From the IMG/VR virus record IMGVR_UViG_3300005991_000001: a DNA stretch of 64,000 bases; one strand, given 5' to 3'. Shown piece after piece: positions 8,891-17,717 of this stretch. Position numbers and translations under genes: made by a program. The stretch's first letter is position 1, and each line of letters begins with the position of its first letter. The stretch comes from a virus. The notes below the pieces were generated by a model. The model was not told the DNA's origin, ran no database searches, and was given only the letters and a program-made list of their open reading frames with translations.

Positions 8891-11032
8891 TTAACCTTTT
8901 ATTATTCGAAGAATTTTTCCATGACTATCCACTTCACATAGTTTCATTCGCCACCCTGTTTGAGCGTTCTGCATATATCTACGACTTGCTTTTTTTGTTT
9001 CAGTTTCCTTTTTTACATTTATAGGCTCTTTTCTCATGTGGCTAATCCTGTTTATATAAGAAATTAAAATGGAGAATATCGCATCATCATAATCAAACCT
9101 AAGGTCGGCAGCCTGATACCTCGTTTGCCTATGGGTTTGAGAGTTTTTTAAATCTTTCTCAATAAATGTTTTAAGTTGTTCCCATAACCACGGAACATCA
9201 ATTGCTTTTCCATGCGCTTCGAGTAGTTCTTGCAGTTTAGAAATAAAGTGTCCTGCTGTTTTTACGTTATTTGAAATTCCCCACCAGTCTAATCCTGAAT
9301 TTGGTGTGTGCAGATATTCGGGCAGTTCAGCGTTTGCCGTAAACTTTTTCTTAAATCCGTGTTGCTCTTGAAATTCAAAATACCCTGTTCCTGTATTTTT
9401 TTCGATCAATTCTTTTACACCGCCCTTATTTTCTTGGTCATAATAAAGGTTTTGGAGTAGGCATTGTTCAAAGCATTTTTTATAATTTCTTTCACGGTAA
9501 AAAACTGTACTCGCAACTGTTTCTAGGTAGGCATCCCAAATACTAGACGACATTTTTGAATGCCCTGTTTCAGAACTAATGGGGTCAGTTCCTTGGTAAT
9601 ACCTATACCTCCAAACCTCGCCATACGGAGGGTGATGAATAACTAAGGCTGTTGTGTTTATATCTTCAAATCCTGACGTTGGAATAAATCTTGATCCAAT
9701 TACCCTAAACTCAAAATACAAATCAGGGGTCGGTTGTGATTTATCATATATCGGCTCAAAGTACCCATATTCAACCGCAGGAGTTCGGTTATAAATATCA
9801 TCTAACCTTTGTTGACAATAATGAACAGGGACAAGGGTTCGAGATTTACGTATAAACATATCGTCAATAGTCATTGGATATGCTTGGTGAAACTGAACTT
9901 TTGCCTCGTCTTCTTTCTTAGTGCCAGAAGCAGCTAAGTACGCTCGTCTTTCATTTTCGATGTGTTCACGGGTATTCCCTGGCTTTGCATAGGCGTTAAA
10001 AAATAGAGGTATAATACCGTATTGATAGTTTCCTTCTTTCCAGTTTTTTAAACATGACTTAAACTCGGATTCAAAAACAGAACCACCCTTATCCATTTCA
10101 CCGCCTGTTCCCCATCCAATAAATTGCTGTTGCATTATCATTTTACCTTTTTCAGGATCAAACTTAAATAAAGCAGGACGACCCTCACGCATCATATCGC
10201 CAAAGATTTCAAATAACCCAATTTCATCCACAAGAACAGCAGAAGGAGACCCACCATTAATTGCGCTTATACTTGGAGCATCAACCTGAAAACGAGAACT
10301 ACCACCATCTTCACGCCCTTTTCTGTCTCCTTTTTTATCAAAGGACATGGTGTCTTTTGTCCAGTTTTCTACGGCTTGCGCTAAATATTCTGGCACCTTG
10401 GTGTACGCCCATTTTACTTTATCACGAAATATCTCAACTCCCTTATCTACGGAGTGGGTTATAAATTTTATGAAGTAGGATTTAAGGAAATTAACTTTTT
10501 TCATTCCTGCTAAACACATTACCGTAGTAAACCCAATCTGTCGGGCTTTGCCAATCATCATAGAGTGTCCGCAGTCAAACAGAAATAAAAGTAACTTTTG
10601 CGCCTCCCATGCGTTGTATTTTAGTTTACCGCCAGCAGCCTTATCTTCTTTTATCCATCCATATTTATTACAAAAATAAAGTGAATTGTCTTTGCATCTT
10701 TGGATTTCTTCTTCAAGAAAATTTCGTTGTTCTTCTTCGGTATCAAAGTCGGTTATCTCAATATTTTCATCAATCCAATATTGCGCTTGTGCTTTGTATA
10801 ACTCAAATGGTATGTAGGATTTTCTGTTTTGCCAACCTGAATTTATTGAATCAATAAGGGAAACAAACTCTTTAGGGTAATCAAATTGTTCGTATTGCGG
10901 AAACCACTCACAAGTTAAAATCTCCCTGCCATCAATAGGTAGTGGTTTTTCAGGTTCAGATTTTTGTTGAAATAAAGAACTGTAATCCTTTGGTTTTTCA
11001 GATTGGAACTTGTCAAAAAAACTATTTGCCAT
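8891..11032 (-). CDS. terL: terminase large subunit
   Basis: 713 aa. Walker A-like MMIGKARQIGFTT, Walker B-like AVLVDEIGLF, and a C-terminal nuclease-size domain. An HNH gene lies close upstream. Confidence 0.85.
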   Translation of the reverse strand: MANSFFDKFQSEKPKDYSSLFQQKSEPEKPLPIDGREILTCEWFPQYEQFDYPKEFVSLIDSINSGWQNRKSYIPFELYKAQAQYWIDENIEITDFDTEEEQRNFLEEEIQRCKDNSLYFCNKYGWIKEDKAAGGKLKYNAWEAQKLLLFLFDCGHSMMIGKARQIGFTTVMCLAGMKKVNFLKSYFIKFITHSVDKGVEIFRDKVKWAYTKVPEYLAQAVENWTKDTMSFDKKGDRKGREDGGSSRFQVDAPSISAINGGSPSAVLVDEIGLFEIFGDMMREGRPALFKFDPEKGKMIMQQQFIGWGTGGEMDKGGSVFESEFKSCLKNWKEGNYQYGIIPLFFNAYAKPGNTREHIENERRAYLAASGTKKEDEAKVQFHQAYPMTIDDMFIRKSRTLVPVHYCQQRLDDIYNRTPAVEYGYFEPIYDKSQPTPDLYFEFRVIGSRFIPTSGFEDINTTALVIHHPPYGEVWRYRYYQGTDPISSETGHSKMSSSIWDAYLETVASTVFYRERNYKKCFEQCLLQNLYYDQENKGGVKELIEKNTGTGYFEFQEQHGFKKKFTANAELPEYLHTPNSGLDWWGISNNVKTAGHFISKLQELLEAHGKAIDVPWLWEQLKTFIEKDLKNSQTHRQTRYQAADLRFDYDDAIFSILISYINRISHMRKEPINVKKETETKKASRRYMQNAQTGWRMKLCEVDSHGKILRIIKG

Positions 11033-11084
11033 GCGTTGTTTTTGCTATCGGGCTACATTATTGCAATCCAATAGTCTTACATGG

Positions 11085-11092
11085 CAAATTTA
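11085..11092 (-). promoter_or_regulatory. candidate -7 box (TAnnTTTG)
   Basis: Minus strand TAAATTTG, 53 nt upstream of the terminase ATG. Confidence 0.35.
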
Positions 11093-11102
11093 AGTTTTTA
11101 TT

Positions 11103-11669
11103 TTAAGTTGTTTTTTGGTCTAAAATATAGTTGTCTTTAACCTTCATGTTCTCACGCTTCCATTTTTCGTACTTCTGTACGGAAGTAAATATTGCCCCTG
11201 GTTTTCCCTTGAAAGCAATAGCAGGATTTAGCATATAGTTTCGAGTGTTTTTTTCTTTCTGCTCCTGAATAATATCCATTTCAAGCATTTCCTTTATTGA
11301 AATTGCTGTTTGGCTATTTGACACTTTTGAATAAAGGGCAATATCTCTTATCGAAAGCCTATTACAAGTGTTTGTGCTATCCATTTTCCTGATAAAAAAA
11401 GAGAATATTTTATGGTGCGATAATGTCATTTTTTTGATTACAGGCATAGCCCCCATAAATGTAATAAAATACTTCATTTTTGGTTTATTGAACACCGCAT
11501 TTTTTATGTCGTTGATCCTTGAATTATAAGCCTCTGCGACCTTTATAAAATCACCGTATTGATCTTTTACATATAAATCTTTGGAGGATTTACGTAAGTC
11601 TTTTATCCTGTGAGATTCTATTTCAAGGATATTATAGACGGCGTATTCAGATGAAATTAGTTCGCTCAT
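11103..11669 (-). CDS. winged-helix-like DNA-binding protein (possible small terminase)
   Basis: 188 aa. LSIRDIALYSKVSNSQTAISIKEMLEMDIIQEQ looks like a wHTH. Located immediately upstream of terL. The small-terminase role is inferred from position only. Confidence 0.45.
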   Translation of the reverse strand: MSELISSEYAVYNILEIESHRIKDLRKSSKDLYVKDQYGDFIKVAEAYNSRINDIKNAVFNKPKMKYFITFMGAMPVIKKMTLSHHKIFSFFIRKMDSTNTCNRLSIRDIALYSKVSNSQTAISIKEMLEMDIIQEQKEKNTRNYMLNPAIAFKGKPGAIFTSVQKYEKWKRENMKVKDNYILDQKTT

Positions 11670-11992
11670 AGTTTTTTAACATTAAAATTACTAATTACTG
11701 TAGAAACGTTCATCTTCACTTTTTTAAGATGTCCGATTCTTTTTTTATGCTCCATGTGTTCAAATCGAATTGATGCATCCAAAAATTGCTCGAACTCAAC
11801 TACATTCATATCGCCCTTTAATTGATTACAATCTGGACACGAAGGAACTTTATTATCATTACTCAATTTACCCCCTTTGCTTTTAGGAAATAAGTGGTCG
11901 GTTGTTCTATCGAATACTGTAACAGCTTTTTTGCAGTACATACATACTGATAGATCGATTCCGAGTTTTGATATGTTAGGACTTTGGGTCAT
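11666..11992 (-). CDS. HNH endonuclease
   Basis: CMYCKK...DHLFPKSKGGKLSNDNKVPSCPDCNQLKG is an HNH/Zn-finger signature. Overlaps neighbouring genes in the packaging operon. Confidence 0.85.
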   Translation of the reverse strand: MTQSPNISKLGIDLSVCMYCKKAVTVFDRTTDHLFPKSKGGKLSNDNKVPSCPDCNQLKGDMNVVEFEQFLDASIRFEHMEHKKRIGHLKKVKMNVSTVISNFNVKKL

Positions 11993-12557
11993 TTAACACT
12001 TCGTTTTTTATTTTTATTAAGTGTGTTCGCCCTCTTCTAACGATGATTATATCGTCTCTTGAAATCTTATGTTCAACCCGAAGCCTTTGTTCTATTCGGT
12101 TAAGTAAATCTCGGTCTGCCAAACCCTCTCGGCTATGTAATTGGTGGTCTTGTATTGTAATATCTTTTCCTGAAAACAACACTTGAATAGCATTATCGAC
12201 TATCCTTGTTGTGTTTCCAACCGCTTTTCCTCTAATTATTTTATCTCTCATTCCAAACAATGAAGATTCAGGGTCTTCAAATGGAGAATCAGTATGAATC
12301 GGCGTAACGCTTCCTTTCGGGTATTCAGGTATCGGGCGAATAGGGTTTTTAATATCCATCCCTTTTACGGATTCCAAGTGAGCAAAAACCCCATCCGGTT
12401 CACTTGTTTTTGGAATCATTTTAATCATTTTGTCGATGTAATACGGTACTCGCTGAATAAAAATAGAACTCGCACAGTTTTCGCAAATCAGAATCGGTTC
12501 AAGGTTGATGTTAAATATATTCAGGGTTTTGGTGCTACAAATTTTACAATTTTTCAT
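11976..12557 (-). CDS. zinc-ribbon protein, function unknown
   Basis: 193 aa. N-terminal CKICS...CENC pair. First large gene of the leftward operon. Confidence 0.6.
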   Translation of the reverse strand: MKNCKICSTKTLNIFNINLEPILICENCASSIFIQRVPYYIDKMIKMIPKTSEPDGVFAHLESVKGMDIKNPIRPIPEYPKGSVTPIHTDSPFEDPESSLFGMRDKIIRGKAVGNTTRIVDNAIQVLFSGKDITIQDHQLHSREGLADRDLLNRIEQRLRVEHKISRDDIIIVRRGRTHLIKIKNEVLNDPKS

Positions 12558-12628
12558 TTTAATTATTGTTTATTTACCATAAATAATCGTCTTGCTTTCA
12601 AGAACTTTCACTTTGTGGTGATTGATTT

Positions 12629-12793
12629 TCATATCAAAACCAAGCCACGACAAAAACCTACAAAAACGAATACGTTGTTTTCACCACCAACTGTTCTTGC
12701 GAAATTCCATCCACCTATCACTGAATCAAACTCCACTTCGTCTGCCCAAATAGACTCCTCCATTCCGTCAATCTTAAATTCTCTTAAACTCAT
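12629..12793 (-). CDS. small hypothetical protein (54 aa)
   Basis: Hand translation MSLREFKIDGMEESIWADEVEFDSVIGGWNFARTVGGENNVFVFVGFCRGLVLI. ATG lies 33 nt downstream of a minus-strand TATATTTG box. Below the track size cut-off. Confidence 0.35.
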   Translation of the reverse strand: MSLREFKIDGMEESIWADEVEFDSVIGGWNFARTVGGENNVFVFVGFCRGLVLI

Positions 12794-12825
12794 TTTATCT
12801 TGTTTTTATTGTTAATAATCCCCTA

Positions 12826-12833
12826 CAAATATA
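12826..12833 (-). promoter_or_regulatory. candidate -7 box for the leftward operon
   Basis: Minus strand TATATTTG at the left edge of the gene-free region. Confidence 0.45.
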
Positions 12834-13637
12834 CACATTATTTCTATATACGCAACACTAATACAAAATGTACCGATCGTACTTTTTACAAAACATTGAT
12901 AATCAACAAACTAATTTTTTCGCTCCTATATGGTTAGTATTGTCAAGTTGAGTGTGTACGTAAATAAGCTATACAACGAATGATATTTAGGTTAGATATA
13001 TAAATGTACCAATCGATGTGTAAAATGCCGTCAGATGTCGTTAAAATTCAAAATAAAGCTATTAAGTGATCGTGTGTCAAGATGTCAAAGTACCATATCT
13101 AAAATCATACCCCTGCCTCTCTCATAAAAAAAAGTGCCTCATGCTGATCTTATTTTATATGGTTTTATGTTTTTTGTAAACAGTGTTTGCTAGGGTACTA
13201 TACAGTACAATCATACCCCTCCCCTTTTGAAAAGGAAAAATGGTTCAATGGGAATTGTATTTAACATAATAACAGTTATAAGGCACAGGATTCTATTCAC
13301 GCATAGCTTTATCAAGACTATGCTATTCAAATCAAGTATGAAAAACCATGAATTGCTAGTTTATTTAGTGTTTTAATCTCGGAATGGACCAAGGGAAAAC
13401 GTACAAAGTGTGTCAATTAGAGTACTACCACATAAAAAATACCACTAAAAACCGTATCAGTTCAAAAAGTGTATTACCTTGATTATCATACCATTTACCA
13501 ACAATTTAACATTGCAATTACTTAAGAGAGTGTGAAAGTTAAAAAAAATAAGTGTTTGAAACGCTTGATTTTACTGGTGTTTTCAAATTAAATGTACTTT
13601 TTATTAATTAAATGGTTGTTAATTCAAATATTGTATG
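12834..13637. other. gene-free divergent control region with short repeats
   Basis: About 800 bp with no credible ORF. AATCATACCCCT x2 (13103, 13209). ATGTACC(G/A)ATCG x2 (12868, 13004). GTGTGTCAA x2 (13072, 13408), plus further TGTCAA copies. Confidence 0.5.
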
Positions 13638-13645
13638 TATATTTG
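13638..13645 (+). promoter_or_regulatory. candidate -7 box for the rightward early operon
   Basis: TATATTTG, 30 nt upstream of the ATG at 13675. Confidence 0.45.
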
Positions 13646-13674
13646 CAGAAGTATTAATTAAACACTTAGAAATA

Positions 13675-13857
13675 ATGAGATACTTTAATCTAAAAACAAA
13701 TCAAGGCATTGAAACAGTTGACTGCCTTAACCCTAAAGACTTCGCTACTTATAAAGAGTTTAGAACTGAATTAGCAAGGCTTAAAGGTGAGTACAGGTTA
13801 GCAGGGATGAATGTATATGTCTCGCAGAGAGCAACAAACGAGTATAATAGTAAATAA
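13675..13857 (+). CDS. hypothetical early protein
   Basis: Track ORF 13612-13857 trimmed to the first ATG downstream of the -7 box (MRYFNLKTNQG...). Confidence 0.55.
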   Translation: MRYFNLKTNQGIETVDCLNPKDFATYKEFRTELARLKGEYRLAGMNVYVSQRATNEYNSK

Positions 13858-14066
13858 TGGAAGCTACAAAAATACTGCAATCGCTTTGTTATTACGACAA
13901 AAGAAATCCCGATTGCACGATGGACGATGAAGGCATCGAAGACCACAAAACACAACTATTGAAAGCGTCTAAAAAATTAGGGTACAACAAAGATTGCTCA
14001 TGTGATAATTGTTTCTATGGCAGAACTGAATTGGCAGAGCATATAATTAGTATAGAAAGTAAATAA
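13857..14066 (+). CDS. hypothetical Cys-rich early protein
   Basis: 69 aa. Start overlaps the previous stop. CYYDKRNPDC...CSCDNC. Confidence 0.55.
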   Translation: MEATKILQSLCYYDKRNPDCTMDDEGIEDHKTQLLKASKKLGYNKDCSCDNCFYGRTELAEHIISIESK

Positions 14067-14085
14067 CCATTTAAAATAAACAATC

Positions 14086-14250
14086 ATGGAGGGGCAATTG
14101 AGTAACGAAGAATTTAAAATATTATATCCAAACGCTACATTGAAAAACAACGGGACGGCTATTACAAAATACGGTAGAAGAACCATTAATTATTGGGAGC
14201 AACACTCAGACGGATCATGGACAAACTATGGCTGTAAAACTTTAAACTAA
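14086..14250 (+). CDS. small hypothetical protein (54 aa)
   Basis: Hand translation MEGQLSNEEFKILYPNATLKNNGTAITKYGRRTINYWEQHSDGSWTNYGCKTLN fills a gap in the operon. Below the track cut-off. Confidence 0.4.
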   Translation: MEGQLSNEEFKILYPNATLKNNGTAITKYGRRTINYWEQHSDGSWTNYGCKTLN

Positions 14251-14274
14251 AAATTCAATTAAAACAAAAATACC

Positions 14275-14577
14275 ATGAAAACAACAGCAACACAATTAAA
14301 CAACCTAGTTAAAACAATTTGTGATTTAACAGGATTAAGCAACAACAAGGAGCAAGCAATTAGTAAAGGACAGGACAGATATTTGTACCTTGAATATGCG
14401 AGTGTTTACGGCGGTTATCGATTAGTAAATGTAAACGTAAATAGTGGCGGTCATTCAGGTGCATTTGGGGGTAGCGGTACAGAGGCAAGATTAAAATCTT
14501 CTGAAATGTACACTAAATTGAGTGCCTTGATAGCTGGAATTGAGTACCAACAAGTGATTAATTTTAAAATTAAATAG
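14275..14577 (+). CDS. hypothetical protein preceding the RadC-like gene
   Basis: 100 aa, abuts the RadC-like gene. No named motif. Confidence 0.6.
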   Translation: MKTTATQLNNLVKTICDLTGLSNNKEQAISKGQDRYLYLEYASVYGGYRLVNVNVNSGGHSGAFGGSGTEARLKSSEMYTKLSALIAGIEYQQVINFKIK

Positions 14578-14578
14578 C

Positions 14579-15016
14579 ATGAACGCAAAACACTTAGAGC
14601 TTAGGGTAAATTCGATTAATTCGATTTTTGAACAAACCAAAATCACGTCAAGCCAAGTGGCTTACGACTACATTAGACAATTCTACTTTGATGATATATA
14701 TATTTTTGAAAGCTTTTTTCTCTTAATGCTGAATCAATCAAACAAAGTAATTGCCTATGCTAAGGTAAGTCAAGGCGGTGTCGTGGGTACGGTTGTAGAT
14801 GTTAGAATTATATTGAAGTATGCAATAGATAGTTTAGCGACAGGGATCATTTTAGCACACAATCACCCAAGTGGAAACAATCAACCCAGCGAGAGTGATG
14901 CATTAATAACTCGCAAAATTTCAGAAGCCGCAGAAATAATGGACATCAAGGTTCTTGACCATATTATAGTGTGTGACGAAGAGTACTATTCTTTGAAGGA
15001 TAACGGAAAATTTTAA
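14579..15016 (+). CDS. radC: RadC-like JAB/MPN-domain protein
   Basis: GIILAHNHPSGNNQPSESD matches the JAMM HxHx(7)Sx2D-type motif of RadC-family proteins. Confidence 0.85.
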   Translation: MNAKHLELRVNSINSIFEQTKITSSQVAYDYIRQFYFDDIYIFESFFLLMLNQSNKVIAYAKVSQGGVVGTVVDVRIILKYAIDSLATGIILAHNHPSGNNQPSESDALITRKISEAAEIMDIKVLDHIIVCDEEYYSLKDNGKF

Positions 15017-15035
15017 TAATTTAAAAAACAGTAAA

Positions 15036-15266
15036 ATGGCAAAACAAGAAACATTAAAAGTAACTACTTTTAAGAATTACAGAAGTAATGCGGAAATTTT
15101 CGCAGAGGACAAAAACGGTGAATCACACTACTTTCACGTTGATTATGACTATCTAAGTGAAAGAGCGAGAAAATCAGGTGGAGACACATTAAAACGTGCC
15201 GCAATTAAAAGAATGAAAGAGCAATATTCTAAGTACAAATTTATTGTTCCATCTTCAATTTATTAA
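15036..15266 (+). CDS. hypothetical early protein
   Basis: 76-aa track ORF in the tightly packed plus-strand operon. Confidence 0.55.
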   Translation: MAKQETLKVTTFKNYRSNAEIFAEDKNGESHYFHVDYDYLSERARKSGGDTLKRAAIKRMKEQYSKYKFIVPSSIY

Positions 15267-15267
15267 A

Positions 15268-15369
15268 ATGGCAAAAGAACACGGAGGAAATCGAAAAAAC
15301 TCTGGCAGAAAACCTGTATCTGATAAAAAGGTGCAGGTTTGTTTTTACATCAAACAGTCAAAAATTTAA
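15268..15369 (+). CDS. small basic protein, GG-x-R-x2-SGRKP family copy 1
   Basis: Hand translation MAKEHGGNRKNSGRKPVSDKKVQVCFYIKQSKI. The N-terminal motif is shared with ORFs at 16903 and 17718. Confidence 0.4.
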   Translation: MAKEHGGNRKNSGRKPVSDKKVQVCFYIKQSKI

Positions 15370-15372
15370 GTT

Positions 15373-15594
15373 ATGAAGGCAATAAAACTATTAGAGATCG
15401 ATGCAACACAGGACGGAACACGTAGGTTTCAAACCCAATTATCATTGGGTAAAGATTCGGCGGATTTTGTTATGGGAAACGATAATATAATTAAAGTTTG
15501 GGGTAACGGAGATAAAGGGTTTAATTTTTACCCCTTCATAGGAGATTACCAAATAGTATCTGACCGAAAAGAAATGTTAAACCAAATATTGTAA
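15373..15594 (+). CDS. hypothetical early protein
   Basis: 73-aa track ORF, co-directional and tightly packed. Confidence 0.55.
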   Translation: MKAIKLLEIDATQDGTRRFQTQLSLGKDSADFVMGNDNIIKVWGNGDKGFNFYPFIGDYQIVSDRKEMLNQIL

Positions 15595-15596
15595 CC

Positions 15597-16010
15597 ATGG
15601 AAAAACAAGTAAAAATAAATAGATTATTCGCTGAATTTATTGGCTACGAAGTCATAAATTATCAACACAACGAATATAGACCGATTTACAACGGTAATAA
15701 ATTCGCAAAAACAGTAGGAGAATTAAAAAACCTTTGGGGAGGTCTTGATCCGACACCAATGTTTACAGGGAGGTTTGTCGAGAAAGCAATATATCCTTTT
15801 GATACCGACTTTAATTACTTGATTCCTGTAATCAAAAAAATAGAAGAGCAGGGATATGTAGTAGCTATTAAGGGAATAAGTTACCAAGTTTATAAAGTTT
15901 TAGACGAAAAAAACCCAATAGTAAGCTTAGTTTGCGGCGATCTGTCTAAAAAAACGGAAATGACTTGTAGTCTGTTAGTTTCCTTTATCGAACACTTTAA
16001 CCAAAATTAA
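15597..16010 (+). CDS. hypothetical early protein
   Basis: 137-aa track ORF, co-directional and tightly packed. Confidence 0.6.
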   Translation: MEKQVKINRLFAEFIGYEVINYQHNEYRPIYNGNKFAKTVGELKNLWGGLDPTPMFTGRFVEKAIYPFDTDFNYLIPVIKKIEEQGYVVAIKGISYQVYKVLDEKNPIVSLVCGDLSKKTEMTCSLLVSFIEHFNQN

Positions 16011-16015
16011 ACGCC

Positions 16016-16333
16016 ATGAGTTACAAGCCATCAAGGAGCAACGGAATTATGTTTCATAAATATTCGGACAAATCCGATAAGTACAGAAATTTAGCAATTA
16101 AAATGATAAACGATAACAGCTGGCTAAACTTCAAAAACCTATCTAAATTCAGTCGCTACATTTACCTGTATTGGCTGAATGAGAATAAAAAACACCATGC
16201 ATTAGTATCGAAGCAATTCAACTCTTTGAATCCATTTTATACAGCCGAACAATGTTGTATAACCAATCAGGTTTTTAGAGTATTCAATGCTCACAAAGAA
16301 AAATTATATAAACCATTACAAAAACTGATTTAG
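16016..16333 (+). CDS. hypothetical early protein
   Basis: 105-aa track ORF. Confidence 0.55.
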   Translation: MSYKPSRSNGIMFHKYSDKSDKYRNLAIKMINDNSWLNFKNLSKFSRYIYLYWLNENKKHHALVSKQFNSLNPFYTAEQCCITNQVFRVFNAHKEKLYKPLQKLI

Positions 16334-16334
16334 C

Positions 16335-16553
16335 ATGACCAAAGGAAAGAAACGAATCAACCCAAATTCACGGGGTATAATAGATTCACTCAAAAACAAA
16401 ATGAGATTCGCTCCAAATCCATTTGATGGTGGCGGACACCCTTTTAAAACAGCTATTTCAGAGCTACGAAAAGAGGGTGTTGAAATCAAACACAATAAAA
16501 ACAAACAACATTATTACAACCCCAAAACAGTACGTAAAGTTTGGGGCTATTAA
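16335..16553 (+). CDS. hypothetical basic protein
   Basis: 72-aa track ORF, K/R-rich. Confidence 0.5.
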   Translation: MTKGKKRINPNSRGIIDSLKNKMRFAPNPFDGGGHPFKTAISELRKEGVEIKHNKNKQHYYNPKTVRKVWGY

Positions 16554-16572
16554 AAACTTAAAATTATTTATC

Positions 16573-16896
16573 ATGAAAACAATAAAACTAAAATTAACAG
16601 CGAACAAGTCATTATCAGTTGACTATTCAGTTATCAATACACAATCCGAAAGAAAACGCATTACACGTGAGATAATGGGGCAAAAATCGCATATTTCATT
16701 TAGATTACCTAAAACGAAAACGATTGTTGTAACTCAAACCGTAATGCAACGTAAAGCGCTTGAAAGAATTGAACGTAAAGCAGAGATGTCAGAACAAAGA
16801 TATTATCAAAGCTTACCAAAGATTCATCAACAAGCATATTACGCAACAAACATCGATGGAATGAAAACCATTGTATTCATAAATCAATTAAATTAA
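16573..16896 (+). CDS. hypothetical early protein
   Basis: Track ORF 16423-16896 trimmed to MKTIKLKLTANK..., which removes the overlap with the preceding gene. Confidence 0.5.
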   Translation: MKTIKLKLTANKSLSVDYSVINTQSERKRITREIMGQKSHISFRLPKTKTIVVTQTVMQRKALERIERKAEMSEQRYYQSLPKIHQQAYYATNIDGMKTIVFINQLN

Positions 16897-16902
16897 TAAG
16901 TC

Positions 16903-17073
16903 ATGGCAAAAAAATCAACAAACAACGAACGGAATGCAGGGCGCAAACCAAAACCTTACCCAGTTAAGATTCTTAAAATATCTGTTCCAGAAGAAAAATA
17001 TGCAGAATTTAAAAAGGTATTGCAAAACAAAGTTAAGAAGTTCGACAGCGAGTTTGTAATCAACACTTTATAA
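16903..17073 (+). CDS. small basic protein, GRKP family copy 2
   Basis: Hand translation MAKKSTNNERNAGRKPKPYPVKILKISVPEEKYAEFKKVLQNKVKKFDSEFVINTL (56 aa). Confidence 0.45.
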   Translation: MAKKSTNNERNAGRKPKPYPVKILKISVPEEKYAEFKKVLQNKVKKFDSEFVINTL

Positions 17074-17134
17074 AAAACTTTCATTTTTATTGAAAATAAT
17101 CTTGATTTTTCATTGTCGAATCAAATATACGAAC

Positions 17135-17142
17135 TATATTTG
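17135..17142 (+). promoter_or_regulatory. candidate -7 box (TAnnTTTG)
   Basis: TATATTTG, 23 nt upstream of the ATG at 17165. Confidence 0.4.
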
Positions 17143-17164
17143 CGTATAACAAAAACGAAAAGAT

Positions 17165-17674
17165 ATGAAAACATTTAAAGAGTTACTCATAGAACTAAAC
17201 GCTTGCAACGGTGCAAAGGTTTGGGCAGAAGAAAAAACGATCGAACAAATTGTCGAGTCATGCGAAAGAGGTGATTGGATGCTTTGGATTGGACGGAGAA
17301 TAAATTTGGATTTACGTCCGTTCACTCTGGCAAAAGGTTTGTGCGCTGAAAAAGCAAAACACCTAATGAAAGACCAAAGAAGTATTAAAGCCGTTGAGGC
17401 TGCAATTGCATTTGGTCGTGGAGAAATTGAAAAATCAGAATTAGATGCTGCTGCTGCTGCTGCTGCTGATGCTGCTTATGCTGCTTATGCTGCTTACGCT
17501 GCTTATGCTGCTTACGCTGCTGCTTATGCTGCTTACGCTTATGATGCTGATGTTGCTTACGCTTATGATGCTGATGTTGCCCGAAATAAAATTCTCAAAG
17601 AGTGTGCAGATATTTGCCGTGAACATATCGGGCAATTGCTAATAGATGCTGTTAATCTAAAACTAAAACAATAA
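17165..17674 (+). CDS. alpha-helical protein with Ala/Tyr tandem-repeat core
   Basis: 169 aa. N-terminal ...LNACNGAKVWAEEKTIEQIVESCERGDWMLWIG..., then AAAAAADAAYAAYAAYAAYAAAYAAYAYDADVAYAYDADVA. From memory it resembles a widespread family with a C-x-ERGDW N-terminus and an Ala-rich repeat core; I cannot name the family. Confidence 0.7.
   Translation: MKTFKELLIELNACNGAKVWAEEKTIEQIVESCERGDWMLWIGRRINLDLRPFTLAKGLCAEKAKHLMKDQRSIKAVEAAIAFGRGEIEKSELDAAAAAAADAAYAAYAAYAAYAAYAAAYAAYAYDADVAYAYDADVARNKILKECADICREHIGQLLIDAVNLKLKQ
17447..17578 (+). repeat. in-frame tandem repeats (GCT run, GCTGCTTAY units, exact 24-nt x2)
   Basis: (GCT)7 from 17447, then repeated GCTGCTTAT/C. GCTTACGCTTATGATGCTGATGTT occurs exactly twice (17531-17554 and 17555-17578). 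Confidence 0.9.
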
Positions 17675-17717
17675 CTTACGATGCGGGGAAATCGGAAATT
17701 AATTAAAAAACAATAAT

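Noticed and set aside
12294-12815. 173-aa plus-strand ORF spanning the start of the leftward operon
   Set aside because: It overlaps the 193-aa Zn-ribbon gene in antisense and has odd N/F/R-rich composition. The minus strand here has a better-supported promoter box and a small ORF (12629-12793).
17447-17578. Possible CRISPR-like or other array of direct repeats
   Set aside because: The repeat units are 3-24 nt, contiguous with no spacers, in frame and inside a coding gene. No repeat-spacer architecture exists anywhere in the window.
17441-17642. Ser-rich (minus) and Leu-rich (plus) ORFs over the tandem repeat
   Set aside because: They are simply the other reading frames of the GCT/GCTTAT repeat. 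The Ala/Tyr frame continues into well-formed N- and C-terminal domains.
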